From NCBI GenBank assembly GCA_047495785.1, contig JBLDXI010000042.1:1240001-1304000 (forward strand): a stretch of DNA of 64,000 bases, in the 5' to 3' direction. Source of the stretch: Lepidodermella squamata. Taxonomy: Eukaryota > Animalia > Gastrotricha. Both the position numbers and the translations under genes were made by a program. Of this stretch, positions 34,852 through 50,026 are shown in pieces. The notes under the pieces were generated by a model. The model had not been told where the DNA came from. It did no database searches and worked only from the letters and a program-made list of their open reading frames with translations. How positions within the stretch are numbered: position 1 is the stretch's first letter; the number at the start of each line of letters is the position of its first letter.

Positions 34852-37800
34852 ATGGTGAAACCGCCTAATTGGAAGCCAAAATCGAAGGGATCGCGTAAGT
34901 GTTCCTTTTGCAAACGGAAAGGTGTTCGAATCTCAACCCACTGCGGACTACTCAATTGCTCTAAAGCTAAAGGGCAACACCATCCCAAGCCGTGCATTAA
35001 GGTTCAACCTCCACAGTCCGCTTCTCAGTCCAATTGTATGTTTTCCTAATCAATCAGTTATATATGTTTCATCTGTTTTTACACAGCCACGTCGTGTTCG
35101 CATGTTGGCGAATCTTTATCGGTAGCTCCATCCTCACTCACTGTTCAGAATACGTCTCAGCAGTCGTTGATATCTCAAGGCTTGTTCTTGTTATTCATCC
35201 TCAAATTGTATAAATTTGCGATAAAATTTCCCCATAGGTAGCGGCGCTGTTCTGACTGCTTCGGAGCAATTGTTGGATTCTCAAGGTCAGTAATTTTTAT
35301 TTCTCAACTATAACTTGACATGTGGCTGTGCCGTTCCAGCTGTTCCGGCTACCCGGGAAGATCCGCTGCCACCTCCGGGTTAGTTGTTAGATTGAGATTT
35401 ATTTCATGTCTTGAGCGAATACCACTAAGCTCTTTTAAGAATTATAAGAATTGAAGAGGTGTTAACATATGATTGTTATGTCATTTAGTCTTGTCAAATA
35501 ATATTTTCAGGCGCTTCTTTGAACGAACGGCAGGAATCTAGCGCGCCTGCAACACGTCAGCCAGTAACTCAGCCATCTTGTCCAGTATGCGGCGCAAAAG
35601 GCAGGAAGTATCTGACCCACTGCGACAATGAGGAATGCCGGATTAGTGGCCGCGGGCATCACGCTAATCCCTGTTTCCAGTTGGAACGACCCGGGCTACA
35701 GGCCGGTGTAAATCTTGAGCAGCAACGTAAGTATTATCCACCGGGTAACAACCTTTCATAAATAATGATTCATTTAGCTGTGGCGTCCTCTGGAGCTGTT
35801 GCTGCTACGTCACAACGGTCGCTGCCATCTATAGGTTAGTTATTTAATCAAGAATTGTGCTGCCTGGTGTTAACTAAAACTGCTGTTTGTTGCAGCTAGT
35901 GGTGGTTCTTCTAATGCACCTATTCTATGTGACAACTGCAGAAGACGATCGGTGCCCTTTTTCGACATCGACATTGCTGTCGTGGAAGAGCCGGTATCTG
36001 GACGCAGCTATGGTGCTCTAGGACTAAGGAAAGTCTATGAAAACTGCTCGTTATGCCGTTGTTGCCGTCACTATTTGCGCAACGGCGATGCTCGTTTTCC
36101 CGCCGGATGGCCAGCCCTTGTTTATAGCCTTTTCTTCAAAGCAGCGAATAGGCACCTAGCAGAGGCCCTCTCTAACTACATATCGCCGCTCATGAAAATG
36201 ATGTGGAGCGAGGTCGACGGCTCAAATGTTATGCGGGACTCGCAGCCGTGTTTCGTTGACAAGACACGTGATCTGGCTGATTTCATGGCCAATATCTACA
36301 AAGACGCAGGTATTCTATCAACCTACTAAATGAGTATACGAATGCAGTTTTTTTTTTAATTGCAGGAGGATTCAGTTACGCGCTAAACATGTACCCAGTG
36401 CCCGACGTGATATGTCCGCAAGGTTGCCTCGCTTTCATGGAGAAGTGCCAGCTAATCCCGTACCATCATTTGATCCAACATGTCACTGGCAGCAATTTCT
36501 TCGATTCCGACTTGCGCTGGTTCGAGTCAAGGAGACCCGACTGGCCGTGCAACCCAGTGCCTTTCCTCGCTTGGGATTTCGCTGCTGCAATGGTCATGGA
36601 CGAGACAAAGGGCCTATGCATCCTTGCCTGCATTGACCACAGCAAGCCGGACCTGTTTTCCATGTACCTGCATCTCCCTGCGAATCCCGAGTTCGACCGG
36701 TTCCACGATCCGCAGCAGACCGAAATCTATGCACCCGTGCACGTGCAGCCCAATTTCGTCAGAGGCGGGCGAGTCGGTCAGTCGAACGCATCAGTGCCAG
36801 TGACAAAAACTCTGGGTGATCAATTAGGTGTCGGCAGCTTTACATTGCGTGGTGCTCACTCGGCAAATCGCAAGGCTTTGAGCATGTACGCCAGCGCCTT
36901 TAAGCCACACCTTTTGGCCTTGCGATATCGTCCTGAGATTCGCAACACCGCGATCAGCAGATTTGGCGAGGAACACGTGGCTCACGTTCTTGCTGATTTT
37001 GATCAGCATTGCCCAACTGCTGTCGTGAGAAACCATGTCAAGGGTGGCACTTTCATCGAGCTAGCTGACTGTTACTTCACCTGGGCTATTCGCCGCAAAA
37101 TCGCGACAGGTCAGTACATTTCATTCTTAATCTACTACTATAGATTAGACTCAACAGAATTAGCACTGCATTAATTTTGCTGATAGTGATAGCCTTGTAA
37201 TCGGGCCCTGCACTGAATTTTAGATGCGTTTTGTCCAATATAAAATTCTCCAATATAAATGGTCAAAGAACGGATGTAGCAACTGTAGTAGAGTATCGCG
37301 CGGGATAACCACTGCAAATTATTATGTAGTGTACTTCGGGAGGATAAGATTAGGCCGATCGAACTGCTCCAAATTCTCGATATAATAAACAAATATAGAG
37401 ATACTAAGATTCAAGCGCATTAACAATTCATCATCGATTCCTACGAATTGTCTCATTTCGTCCTTCTTTATTTTAGGAAGTGATTCGTCGAAAAAAGGGA
37501 AAACACCTTCAGAAGCCGTGATCTTCAATCCGGTTCACCCGAACGATGATCATGGCTTAATCCCCTGGGCGTTCAAGTCGGGTCAAGGCGACAACCCTAG
37601 TCAGCTCCTGACACTGGTTGCCAACGTCGTTTCGTTGTGCCGCCCTGTGTACCGTGCGGCGTTGAGTCATCTAGTGCTTGGCAGTCCCGATTTAACACGC
37701 GTCGACATCGGTGACTTGCTCAGTCATACTGTTTCGCTGCCGCGCCCGAAAACCCCTCGTACTCTGAATTTGTCGCATCTGGCAAGGGACTTCTGGTCAC

Positions 37801-40800
37801 TGACAGAACCCGAAAGTGATAGCGGATCTGACGATGACGAAGAATCCCCCGATGTCGTTACGCGGGCATTAACTTTGATTGGGAGAGTTACTGCGCCGAT
37901 TAATGATGTCGAGTTGTCGTTTGCTGGATCTCATCTTTTAGCGATAAGAAAGGGGCAAACCATGGACGGCGAAAGAAGGAGTCTCCGAAGTCATGGTGAG
38001 TGTTTTATTCATATTTTGGCAATTATTGCTGCATTATTAGACGTTGTGGTGATACATATCATGATCTTGGGTCCTGAATTTCAAAATTTACTGGTTTTAA
38101 TCAAAAATTGAAACAACAAAAAATTGAGGGCTCCCATTCAAGTTATAATGACGTAAATCTTGAAATATTGAGTAATTTTCAAATCGTTTGATTCATACCT
38201 AGATAACCCTTGTTTATTTCGTGTTGACAGTGGGTAGGGTGCTGGTCATCCACGGAGGTCAATCTCAGCTGCTGACCGAATACCAGACTTCGCATGAGCT
38301 GCTGATGTGCCGACCCGAAGGTGCCTTGCCGATCAATTGGCCCGCATTGCCCTTGTCGCTGAAAGCTGGTCATCACCTGCTACTTGCCCGCGTCAAGTTT
38401 GGCTCGAAATCCTACATCGTTTTTCGATGGTCGCCTAGCTTCAGTGGCTGGTGGACAGTAGAGCCTAGCGGGCGAGTGGTTCGTGGTGTCAGTGATCAGC
38501 ACATGCGCTCTGACGTCCAATTTGCGATTTACGCTCTGCCTGGCAACCAGACGTTCTGCAATCAAGCCGTCCGTCAATCGCTCGGTGGTCAAAGCAAGGC
38601 TGCCTGCGAAATGCATTTCGACTCTGTCGAGTTCAACTTCACTCTTATGAAAGTGCCGGTGAAACATAAGGTGAAGTGTTGCATGCGATCACCGGGAAGA
38701 GCCAATCAATGCGGCAAACCTGCTCAGTTGCGCTGTCCTGCGGGCTTGCAGAATGGCAGCTTGTCGTGCAGTGTCGGCATCTGCACGCGGTGCTTCAAGA
38801 AGCTTCCAGCGGACGGTATCACCAAGCTCTCAGCGCCTGACTTTCTGCCTGATGTGCCTGAAGATGCTGAATTGCAACTGTCAGCTAGCAGGGCATCGAA
38901 CTTGGAAGCTCAAGCCGACGAGGTTCCGCCGCAGCCTGAGCAGCTTCATTTGGCTACTGATATTCAATTTCCTCGAGGCGATGCTGAGCCGCTGTATGAT
39001 CCGACCAAGGGTATTCTCGCCAAGTATCTCTGGCAGCACTTGGGAATTCTGCAGCGAACCAGGCTCGCTTTCGATTCTGCCCAGAAGTCTTTTCTACTGC
39101 AGCAGATGGTTGCCTTCGGAGATGCCCCTGCTACTTCCATCTTGTACCCGGAGGGTGCTCTGTTTCCGTCACTTTTCTATTGCCAACGTGATGGCAGTGT
39201 TGTTGGTGCTTTGCCTCACCATCACTACTCGTCCTACAACTCCGACTATACAGGTGGAATCGGCTCCCTGTCTGATCATGTCAAAGTCAGGTTGCGCAAC
39301 TTCTTCTTGGCAACAAGCTGGTCGTTTGCGTCAATCTACTTCTCCTTTGACATGAAGCTATCGGCGCAGCTGAACAAAAACAGCACTGCAATCTTCATGA
39401 AGCGTGGGACAGAAGGCCTGGCAGGTAAAGGCGCTGTTGGCTGGTCTCCTCCTGGCACGGCTCTCGAATACGAGGAGTTCGACAAGGAGTCGAGGCTGAA
39501 AGAGCTTGGCGCCCTAATCAAGCATGAAGAATGGAAGTGGTTCGGGACAATTACTTGTAATGATACAGGTTAGCACAAGTTTTGGTATTCAATCTCACTC
39601 AATTGTAGACTGAATAATTTCTCCAAGAATTGTTTGAAATTTGAAATTTTACCACCTCGACCTACACAATGCATTATTTTTCAATTCCAGGCACACCTGG
39701 TGTATGTGAAATCGTCAAAGCCCTTATGATAAACGCTCAAAGGCACCATGGTCCACGCCCTGTTCTGTCGAAGGCCGACTATCAGCGAACTTTTCGTCAG
39801 CGTCTGCTCCTTGTTTCAAGGCTTGACGAGACCGAGTACAAGCGGCTGTACTACGCCCATTTCATCCTCATCAGCATGGCTTGGCAACGAGTGCAGGAGC
39901 ATCTGATCGAGTTCCTGAAGCGCACGAATGTTGTTGGCACTGTCACCACTATTTTCGTCAGGAACGAATTTCAGAGCGAATCACTCGTTGGCAACAAAAG
40001 TCATCTGCATATGGGCATTTCAGTACGCGAAAGCCGGGCAGAACTGCTGGAGAAAGTTTGCTGTGATCCTCGTGAATTCTTCTCGGAGCGGTACGGCACG
40101 TCATTCGACGAGCTTCAGCGCTTGAGGTTGGTCGAGAGCCGAGATCACTTCGAGCTGCTCAAGGAGGTCCATTACCCCTTCCAACGTCACGAATGCGAGA
40201 AAGCGTTTTGGAAATGTCAAGTTCCACGCGGCGAAGGAGGGGAAATGGTTTGCCGAGTTCGCCAGCACGGCGTCTCCAGCAGCGGCTATTTCGAAGAATT
40301 CCGCAACGTGTACTCCGAGGATACCCTGAAAGAGCTGCAATCCCTAGACCTCGCCAGAGAAGTGCCCAATCCCACTGGCGACTTTGACTGGGAATTTCTG
40401 GCTGATCAGCTCAAGTCGGGCGTGTACCACTACGCGATCAAGCATCTCGAGAAGGGCGTGAAGTTCATTCCGCAAATCCCGATCATCGCGGCAATGATGG
40501 GCGGCTCCACGAACTTTCAGATATGCGATTCTCATTTCAGCGTATCTTACCTGACGAGCTACGTTGCCAGCTCCGACGCTCGCCCTGAAGCTTACGCTGC
40601 AACGACAGATGTTCCGGGCCAAGTCGTTGCTTTGTTCCCTGCTGGTTTTGAGCGAGGTCAAAAGCTTGCTAGTGTTCGGTGAGTAATATCTTTGCACTTC
40701 AATTGACTTGAAAAACTTTGATGTTTTTAGGAAAGTGATGGAAGCGAAGCTGAAGCATTTCCGTCGAGAAAGCATGCAGAGCTTTATCTTCATCGCCTTG

Positions 40801-43800
40801 ACAGAAGTTGCTTGGTTCGCGTTGGGGTTTCCCTACACCATCACGAATGTCGGTTTCGTACACATCAACACACACCCACCAGCTTCGCGGCTAATGTTGT
40901 GGCGACCGAAAGAAGCAGTGAAAAAGCGACTACCGGGTATGCTCTTGAGAATAGTTATTGTGATTATTTTCAAATAATATTCCAAAAACAGGTACAGATG
41001 TAGTTGCTGTCGACCCAAACTACAATCGCCGGGGCCTGCCTCAGTGGCGCTTGTTCACGGAAGCATGCATTCGTCTGATCATGAAAATGAGAGGCACGAA
41101 TCTGCTAGCTGGCCCTGTCGAGAAGTTCGAGATTCGACCTCCCGAGGCTCGTATCTTTGCGTCACCTGCTATCTATCACGCGGTGTTCGTCATCGACCGG
41201 AAAAACCGACGACCATACAACCCGATGGTCGATCCTTACATCCGTTTTTTCGACGGCTTCAAGCGGGAGGTCCGAATCAACGATTGCAGTTTGCGCATCG
41301 CGCTCGACTATCTGGCTCAGCAGGACCAATCCAATGCAGCCGTTCAAGCACTCACGGAAATTTTCGAACTCTTGGTCGAAGGCGATCCTGTCTATGTTGA
41401 CCGGTAACGATCTTTACGTTTTTATAATTTTCGGAATATTTCAAATGTACGCTGAACTAGGTACTTGCACGTCACAAATAAGGCGGCGATAATTCCAGTC
41501 CTATCCACCATCTCTCCGCTCAACCGCTTCAACTTCTTGTATCACGTCGTCATGACGTTTGGTCGAATCGAAGATGAGGCTACTACCTTTCCGGCTGGGC
41601 ATCTCCGGGCGGCATTTGTTCGATCGGGGCTCATTCGGGTCAATCCTGAAGGCGAGCCGACCAACCTTCCTGCCGACGTGAGGTCTCTGAAGCGTCGCGT
41701 CATTCTCGAAATCTTCGCTTTCCTGCCAATCGGTGTCAAGAGATTCGATTTTTACGTCGCCACTCTGAAATCCATGTTCGAGCAGTTTTTCTTTGGCGAT
41801 GGAGGCACCGACAATCTCTCGGCACTGACTGACTGGGATGCGATTGAACGGGAAGTTGACGAGGATATTGTCCGAGCGGAAGGAGAAATGAAGCGGTCTG
41901 TGGTTGAGGTGACGCATTCGCAGCTTGTCGGGAAATTGCCGCTACCACCGCTGTCGGATTTCACTGACGCTACGTCGTGTCAACCTTTGGAATGGATTCC
42001 GAGTCTTCAACGACAACCAGGTCAGTCGGACCAGTCTTTCCAGGAGCAGCAGGCGGCTCTGGCTTTCGGTATGAAGACACTCGAACGCTTCCGAAGCAGA
42101 GCTAGCTTCAAGCACATCGCACTGGTTGGTCCTCCTGGGGCTGGAAAGACAACGCTGGCGCAGATCCTTGCCATGGTTGCCGTTTCTAAGGGACTACGAG
42201 TTGTCATTACTGCTTTGACCTCGGAGCGAGCACGAGTTCTTGGCGGTCGGCACATCCACCTGCTTTTTCCTTTGCCGGTTAAGCAAATACCGTACAAAAA
42301 TGTAATGGCGTATGCTGACGGCTGCCTCAAGAATCTGTGTTTCAAGACTACGCCGTCTGTTGTCCTATATCGGGCTGACGTCTTCATCATCGAAGAAATT
42401 GGGCTGGTCTCTGCTGAAACCCTGGAAATCTTGGACACAGTTATGAGGAGTCTTACAGGTAAGCAAACCAGCATTCAATTATTACTGGTATTTATAGTTT
42501 TCATTAGGAGTCGATGCGAAAATGGGTGGCAAATTGATCATTGCTACCGGGGACTTTGCTCAGCTCGAGACGATCAATGGTGAGAGTTGATTTATTGCAA
42601 TACTAACATGTATATTGTATTTGTTTTTTTTAATTATCCCAGGTCGATCCTTTTGGGAATCAACACAATTGTACCTCAGCTACGACGTCGCATTGTTGAA
42701 ACATTTCGTTCGGGCTGCCACTGACCCGCTACTCCAGCGGGTGCTGTTGATTTTGCGGCAAGGCGTTCTTGACGAGATTGACCGGGACTTCATCCTCAAA
42801 GCTGTGACTAGAACGTGCAACTTTTACGACACTTGGGACAACGTTCCGTTCCTTGTCCAGCGGATCGTCCCAACAAGAGAAGCTGAACAAGAGGTTAGTT
42901 GGAAACGGAAAATTTTGGTGATCACTCTTGCCTTTCATTAATTGATCAGGTCATTCGGAAGTTCCTGCAAGACGCTAGTCTCAGTGGCAAGACTTTGAAA
43001 ACAGCTCTATGCATCGACGAAGTAAACACGCGTGGTGCCTGGGAACCTCTTCACCGTCCCGAATGGAAAAAAGCTATCAACAAACAGTCACTCAAGCCCG
43101 AGAACTTAACGCTCTTTGTTGGTGCTGTGGTTGCTATGACCTACAATCACGTAGCGTCGAACCCGCAACACTCCTTCTCCCAAGGGCAGCTAGCTCTGGT
43201 GACGCAGTTGCCGGAAGACATGGCCGCACCGGATGCCAAAATTTCTGTCCGCTTGGTTCCTCCAGGGCTGCGTGACATTGCACCAGATGAGGCTTGGCCA
43301 GAAATAAGTGTGGGCCGGCATCGGGACGATAACATTGTTGTTGGCGACAACAAAACGCACCTGCGTCGTGTTCAGTTTCCGCTGCGGCATTACATTGCCT
43401 CGACTATTCATCGTGAGTGCTAACCTTGTTTTTATATTCAAGTATATAAAAATGTTAATTGTTTTCAGGAATCATGGGTTCTACCTGCGAGAACGGCGTT
43501 GCAGCCAAGATTGCTTCCAACGAGAAGGTACGTATTGCGAACAATAACTGTGGATATTGATATGTTCAATGTACTGTAATGAAGGGCTACGTGCTATGGG
43601 AACGGGCGCAGCTTGCTGTCATTCTCTCGCGGTGCCGTTCACTTGACCGTGTGTCATTTGTTGGCGAACGCGCAGACATCACTGTGGCCATCGAAAGGCT
43701 GTTGATGGCAGTCGATGAGCCATACGAGGCTATCGTCGCATCGCTGCAAACGCTGGACGTGCTGCCTACCTCAACAGTCGCCAGTAACTGGTCAGCCGGA

Positions 43801-44940
43801 CGACAGCAGCAGGTCAGCGACCCCGACGAACTGCCCGACATCACGTTCCGCGTTTTACGAACAACTTCCGGGTTAGTCCACTTACTTATTTGGCGCTTTG
43901 TATAGTCAACTCACTAATTGCGTATGTCCCATTATATATCGAGTCTTGACAGTTCATATTTCTATAACCATTTTATTATATTTCAAAATAGAATAAGTCG
44001 AACGTTTTCAAGAAAATTTTTCTTATAGATCATTCACGATCGAGCAGCTTGGCGATGCTCAAACTTCCATCCCATTGTAAGTATGGCATTGTTCATCTGC
44101 TTTATATACTATTCAAAACTTCTTCATAGGCCTGCAACCGTTGACCAGGCAAGCTCCTCCGATGCGCCTGTTGTCCCACGGTTAGTATAACCTATCAATT
44201 CCTTTTCATTGCTTCAAATTCTGCTCAATTTATCAGAGTGCCGACATTGTTGGACTTCTACCGCGTCGTCGGTCCTGATTTGTCGGAACGCGAGCCCAAT
44301 GGCGTCGTCTATCAATTGGTGGAGGTGGCTCAGCCGTGGGCCAGCTACTTTGGCGAAACCGAGCAAGCGCCTCTACAGCGACTTTATGACCACAATCACA
44401 GTAAATACAAGAGAGACTAAAAAAATCGAACTGCTAACATTTGATTTCAGATGCAGGGGCCGCGATGACTCGCGGCAAGCAATGGCATTTGTACGCCGTC
44501 GCTCGTGGCTTGCCTGATGACGAAACCAGGTTGAACCTGGAGAAAAGGTGCCAGGACCTAATTACAGCGCAACCTGAGCTTTTGCCGTGGCAAGTTAGGA
44601 CCAAGTTTGAGTCCTACGTGGACGACATCAACGCTCGCCTGCATGGGTCCACTGCTGTAATTCGTTACGGCGAGTTGGACGAGGCTAAGGTTCACCGCCT
44701 GCGTACGATCTCCTTGTGAGTCAGCTGATGGATGTCATTCTTTTTACTCAATCCTTTCACTTTTCAGCACGTCGACAATTAGAGTAGCACCGGCGCCACC
44801 GTCAGCGCAAGAAGAAGCAGGTGAACTAATCGACCAAGATCCGCCCCCAAAGCGGTAAATAGATTTAAGTTCACATTTGCTTGTAGCTTTTTACTATTAT
44901 TTTCAGAATTCATCTCGCAAATAATTGTTCGCCGTCTTGA
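34852..44940 (+). CDS. Spliced RepHel-GIY-YIG transposase (unit 3)
   Basis: Near-identical to the unit 2 gene (offset 14,993). Confidence 0.85.
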
Positions 44941-46394
44941 TGTTTCTGCCGATCTTCCGATAAATGAAATGTTCCAATTCAATGTTTTTCCTAGTAGTAG
45001 CCAATAAACGTATTGCACTTTTTCTAATAGTGTTTATTGAATCAGAGTTATCAGATCGACTTGACTTAATATGAATCAAATCGCCACGAAACCGTAATTT
45101 GTCTGATCCTTGTGCTTCGTCCATTATATAATTTTTCTAAAAGATTACCTAAGCTGATTGCCATGCTCTTGGCTCTGTGGCAACCGAACCATATTCATCT
45201 CACAAGTTGGCACTACAGTTGCTTCCGGAACCCACCATAAAGATGACAGGTCTTAGTTTCAAGTTTTTCCATTGCATCACCATTGCTAAATCAAAATCCA
45301 TCAAATAAAAATGCTTCCCTGCGTAAATCTATAATTTCAAATCTTAATCACGGAAAATAAGGTTTATATCAAATCAAATCAAACCCAAAGCACTGATGAG
45401 AATATCAAATTTCAAATGTCATTAACACTGGGGTGAGGGGGAGCCACCGTCCCCTCCAACGACGTGGAGGGGAACTCCAAGGGGTGGTTCGAGTCCTTAC
45501 CTATTACCCAGGAGAGTAGAGAAAAAGAAAAGGCTAGCGCAGCGTAAGCCTTGTGGAACTCTCCTGGATGGGGGCGCGACTCTGGGAGTTCCGAAGGAAC
45601 GCCAGTTCCTTTACACGTGTTTTACACATACGCCGTAGATTACCACGAACGAAGTGAGATTTCATCCCAACAGGGGGGCCCGAGAACGCGTTGGTTAACA
45701 GGACATTCTCCGATGAAGCCGCCCGATTTATGGTAGTATCCTGGACCCCTCAGGACCTCCCAGAAACTTTTTCAGCTCTAACGGACCTTCCGTTGATTTT
45801 CTAGAAATTAGGACGGTTTTTTCCTATTTTACCGTATTTTTTGGTCACGTGACCCGGAATGGGTAGTATATGAGGGGACAGTAGGAGGATATGATAAGGA
45901 CACCAAAAAACTAACCACGCTAACCAGAGTATCCAAGCCAGCTGACAGGCTGGCCCCTCGCCCCTGGGGGAGAGGGGCCTACAATAAATCAACAATGCTA
46001 GCTGGCGACCAAAGAGCAAACGACGAAAAGGCAATATACGTAAAAGTCAAGGTCAATTGAACAATTCTGCGGCGAATAAATTGTGCATTTTCCATATACA
46101 ACAATAGGTTTACATGTAATCGACAACGGAGAATCCGAATATGACGTTCATTTTGTTATGAAGCAATTATAACCCAATGATAGCCCCTCCAACTAATTTT
46201 TCTGTTCACTGCTATGGAGTTGGCATGGTTATATTTTTTATTAAATAACATAATGCAGTTCAAGTTTCAGGGCTCGAAGTTTTAAAGCACATTTTTAAGT
46301 GAGCGGTTCAATAACGCACTGTCTTATTTCCATATTCATATGCATGCGCAGAAACAAAAAAAAATAATAATAACAATAAAAAATTAAAAGAAAA

Positions 46395-46471
46395 TGTGTC
46401 GCGGCCGGGACTCGAACCCTCCATTAACTGCATTTCACAACGTTACACTGAAACCACTCGGCCACAACACA
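46395..46471 (-). pseudogene. tRNA-like / Pol III cassette (unit 4)
   Basis: Same sequence as the unit 2 copy. Confidence 0.6.
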
Positions 46472-47186
46472 TCTGACATATCCATCGCAAATTAAATTTC
46501 AATTAAATATTCAACGAAATTATCAAAACAGTTTCCAGCGCCTTCCGGGAATCGGACGCGTCTCTATATAATTTATTCACTATATAATTCGCTACGCAGT
46601 GGTTCGGAAGGCAGTGGTTCGATTGCTGCTCACATCACATTTTTCCTTCTCATTTTTTCTTCTTAAAATCAGATTTATTTCTGTTTAATTTTTTTGCAGA
46701 GTGAGCAATAAAAAATAAACGTTTACCATTCACGTGAATCTTCATGAGTACAAAGTGCATGCCTGTCATATGGCCGACACGCGATTCAGCATCAGCTGTT
46801 TCACGGCGCAGCGGCGGCAACAGCAAGCAGACGGTTCGATCCGGTATTCAACCATCATTCACAACGATTTATTTCTCTTCAAAACAACCTCTATTTCCCT
46901 AATCATTAGAATTACTTATGCTGCCAGCTCCTATCAATCTATCTTCCGCTCGAATCGATAACATTGTGACAATGTTGCTCTCTCAGGTTTGCTAGTATAT
47001 TATTCCCAGTTCATATCACCATTCCCACTATAATTACAGCTACTGGATGAAATGGCGATTTCAACACTGTTGTCCACTTTGGTTTTCCATGGTCACTACT
47101 CCCTACCAGAAAGCGGTGAGTACATTATTTTCCTCATTCATTTTTTTTACTATTGTAAAATTTATTGATTTTTTCATTCATTAACA

Positions 47187-49326
47187 CGTTTTTTTTGCTC
47201 CCCAATATTTTCTTTCGTCGTTATGCTCCCGTATTCGACGTTTTCGCCATCAGCAACGTCGATTCCACTAATTCATGTCATTTAATTTTACCCTGATTTA
47301 CTTTTTTCAAGAATTTTTTCAAACTTTGAAATTCCAAACCAAGGTCGTAGGTTGGTGCCCGACCTCTCATTTTTTCGCCCTCAAATATTTTCTTTCATCG
47401 ATATGCTCCCGTTCTCGACGTTTTCGCCATCAGCAACGTCGATTCCACTAATTCATGTCAATTAATTTTACCCTGATTTACTTTTTTCAAGAATTTTTTC
47501 AAACTTTGAAATTCCAAACCAAGGTCGTAGGTTGGTGCCCGACCTCTCATTTTTTCGCCCTCAAATATTTTCTTTCATCGATATGCTCCCGTTCTCGACG
47601 TTTTCGCCATCAGCAACGTCGATTCCACTAATTCATGTCAATTAATTTTACCCTGATTTACTTTTTTCAAGAATTTTTTCAAACTTTGAAATTCCAAACC
47701 AAGGTCGTAGGTTGGTGCCCGACCTCTCATTTTTTCGCCCTCAAATATTTTCTTTCATCGATATGCTCCCGTTCTCGACGTTTTCGCCATCAGCAACGTC
47801 GATTCCACTAATTCATGTCAATTAATTTTACCCTGATTTACTTTTTTCAAGAATTTTTTCAAACTTTGAAATTCCAAACCAAGGTCGTAGGTTGGTGCCC
47901 GACCTCTCATTTTTTCGCCCTCAAATATTTTCTTTCATCGATATGCTCCCGTTCTCGACGTTTTCGCCATCAGCAACGTCGATTCCACTAATTCATGTCA
48001 ATTAATTTTACCCTGATTTACTTTTTTCAAGAATTTTTTCAAACTTTGAAATTCCAAACCAAGGTCGTAGGTTGGTGCCCGACCTCTCATTTTTTCGCCC
48101 TCAAATATTTTCTTTCATCGATATGCTCCCGTTCTCGACGTTTTCGCCATCAGCAACGTCGATTCCACTAATTCATGTCAATTAATTTTACCCTGATTTA
48201 CTTTTTTCAAGAATTTTTTCTAACTTTGAAATTCCAAACCAAGGTCGTAGGTTGGTGCCCGACCTCTCATTTTTTCGCCCTCAAATATTTTCTTTCATCG
48301 ATATGCTCCCGTTCTCGACGTTTTCGCCATCAGCAACGTCGATTCCACTAATTCATGTCAATTAATTTTACCCTGATTTACTTTTTTCAAGAATTTTTTC
48401 AAACTTTGAAATTCCAAACCAAGGTCGTAGGTTGGTGCCCGACCTCTCATTTTTTCGCCCTCAAATATTTTCTTTCATCGATATGCTCCCGTTCTCGACG
48501 TTTTCGCCATCAGCAACGTCGATTCCACTAATTCATGTCAATTAATTTTACCCTGATTAACTTTTTTCAAGAATTTTTTCAAACTTTGAAATCCCAAACC
48601 AAGGTCGTAGGTTGGTGCCCGACCTCTCATTTTTTCGCCCTCAAATATTTTCTTTCATCGATATGCTCCCGTTCTCGACGTTTTCGCCATCAGCAACGTC
48701 GATTCCACTAATTCATGTCAATTAATTTTACCCTGATTTACTTTTTTCAAGAATTTTTTCAAACTTTGAAATTCCAAACCAAGGTCGTAGGTTGGTGCCC
48801 GACCTCTCATTTTTTCGCCCTCAAATATTTTCTTTCATCGATATGCTCCCGTTCTCGACGTTTTCGCCATCAGCAACGTCGATTCCACTAATTCATGTAA
48901 ATTAATTCTACCCTGATTTACTTTTTTCAAGAATTTTTTCAAACTTTGAAATCCCAAACCAAGGTCGTAGGTTGGTGCCCGACCTCTCATTTTTTCGCCC
49001 TCAAATATTTTCTTTCATCGATATGCTCCCGTTCTCGACGTTTTCGCCATCAGCAACGTCGATTCCACTAATTCATGTCAATTAATTTTACCCTGATTTA
49101 CTTTTTTCAAGAATTTTTTCAAACTTTGAAATCCCAAACCAAGGTCGTAGGTTGGTGCCCGACCTCTCATTTTTTCGCCCTCAAATATTTTCTTTCATCG
49201 ATATGCTCCCGTTCTCGAAGTTTTCGCCATCAGCAACGTCGATTCCACTAATTCATGTCAATTAATTTTACCCTGATTTACTTTTTTCAAGAATTTTTTC
49301 AAACTTTGAAATTCCAAACGAAGGTC
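47187..49326. repeat. 180-bp tandem satellite, type B, ~12 monomers
   Basis: 180-bp period. The diagnostic TTCTAAC variant is in monomer 6 rather than 5, so one extra monomer lies in the 5' part. Confidence 0.98.
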
Positions 49327-49572
49327 ATTTTTTTGAATTTTAGAATTTCGGAAATTTATATTAGCATTTCATTTTTTTTTATTTTTTCTCTTTTTTACCA
49401 GTTTGCGAATCGAATGACCGATGTTGCACATGCTGTAATCAAATGGCTGAAAACGATTTCAAGACGAAGTGATTTGTGATTTTTCAAACGTGCTACTTCA
49501 TTTGAACGTTGTTTACCAGCTTTGCTGTATGATGCTTTTTAAATTATATTGTTCCAAACCCCATTTTCGCTG

Positions 49573-49867
49573 ACCCAGGCAGTAATAGGGTAGAGATGCC
49601 GTCTCAATGCCCGGCTATGCAGTTAAATAGCCAACCGACGTTGGAATAGTCGGTATAAACTTCCACCGTCCCGGCTCAGACGGCGAAAACGACCACGTCT
49701 TGGTGAGACGGTAAAAAAAACTCCGACAAGGCAAGGTCGGTAAAAAACTTCCAAAATGTCCGCAGGGCTGAGCGACCAGCGCCCTCACTGTGATTCGTCA
49801 CAAATACTAAGCTGGAAGGGAACCTATGACGATCTGTCAGGCATCTTCGGATCCGAGGTTTCTCCCC
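49573..49867 (+). ncRNA. Candidate structured element (unit 4)
   Basis: Copy of the unit 2 block. Confidence 0.55.
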
Positions 49868-50026
49868 GATATTTCAATTATTGATGTGCATTGGTAATTT
49901 CAATAAAATATGTTTTTCATTTCAATATATTTTTTTTAATTGATGTTCTTCATTCCATTCGCATATGGTGTTATTTTTTATTTATCTAGTTTTATGATGA
50001 CAATTTTGTGATTATGAACTGGAATC

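Larger units (their letters stand above)
30585..45579 (+). mobile_element. Helitron-like element, tandem unit 3 (14,995 bp)
   Basis: Near-identical repeat of unit 2 with a few SNPs and small indels. Confidence 0.85.
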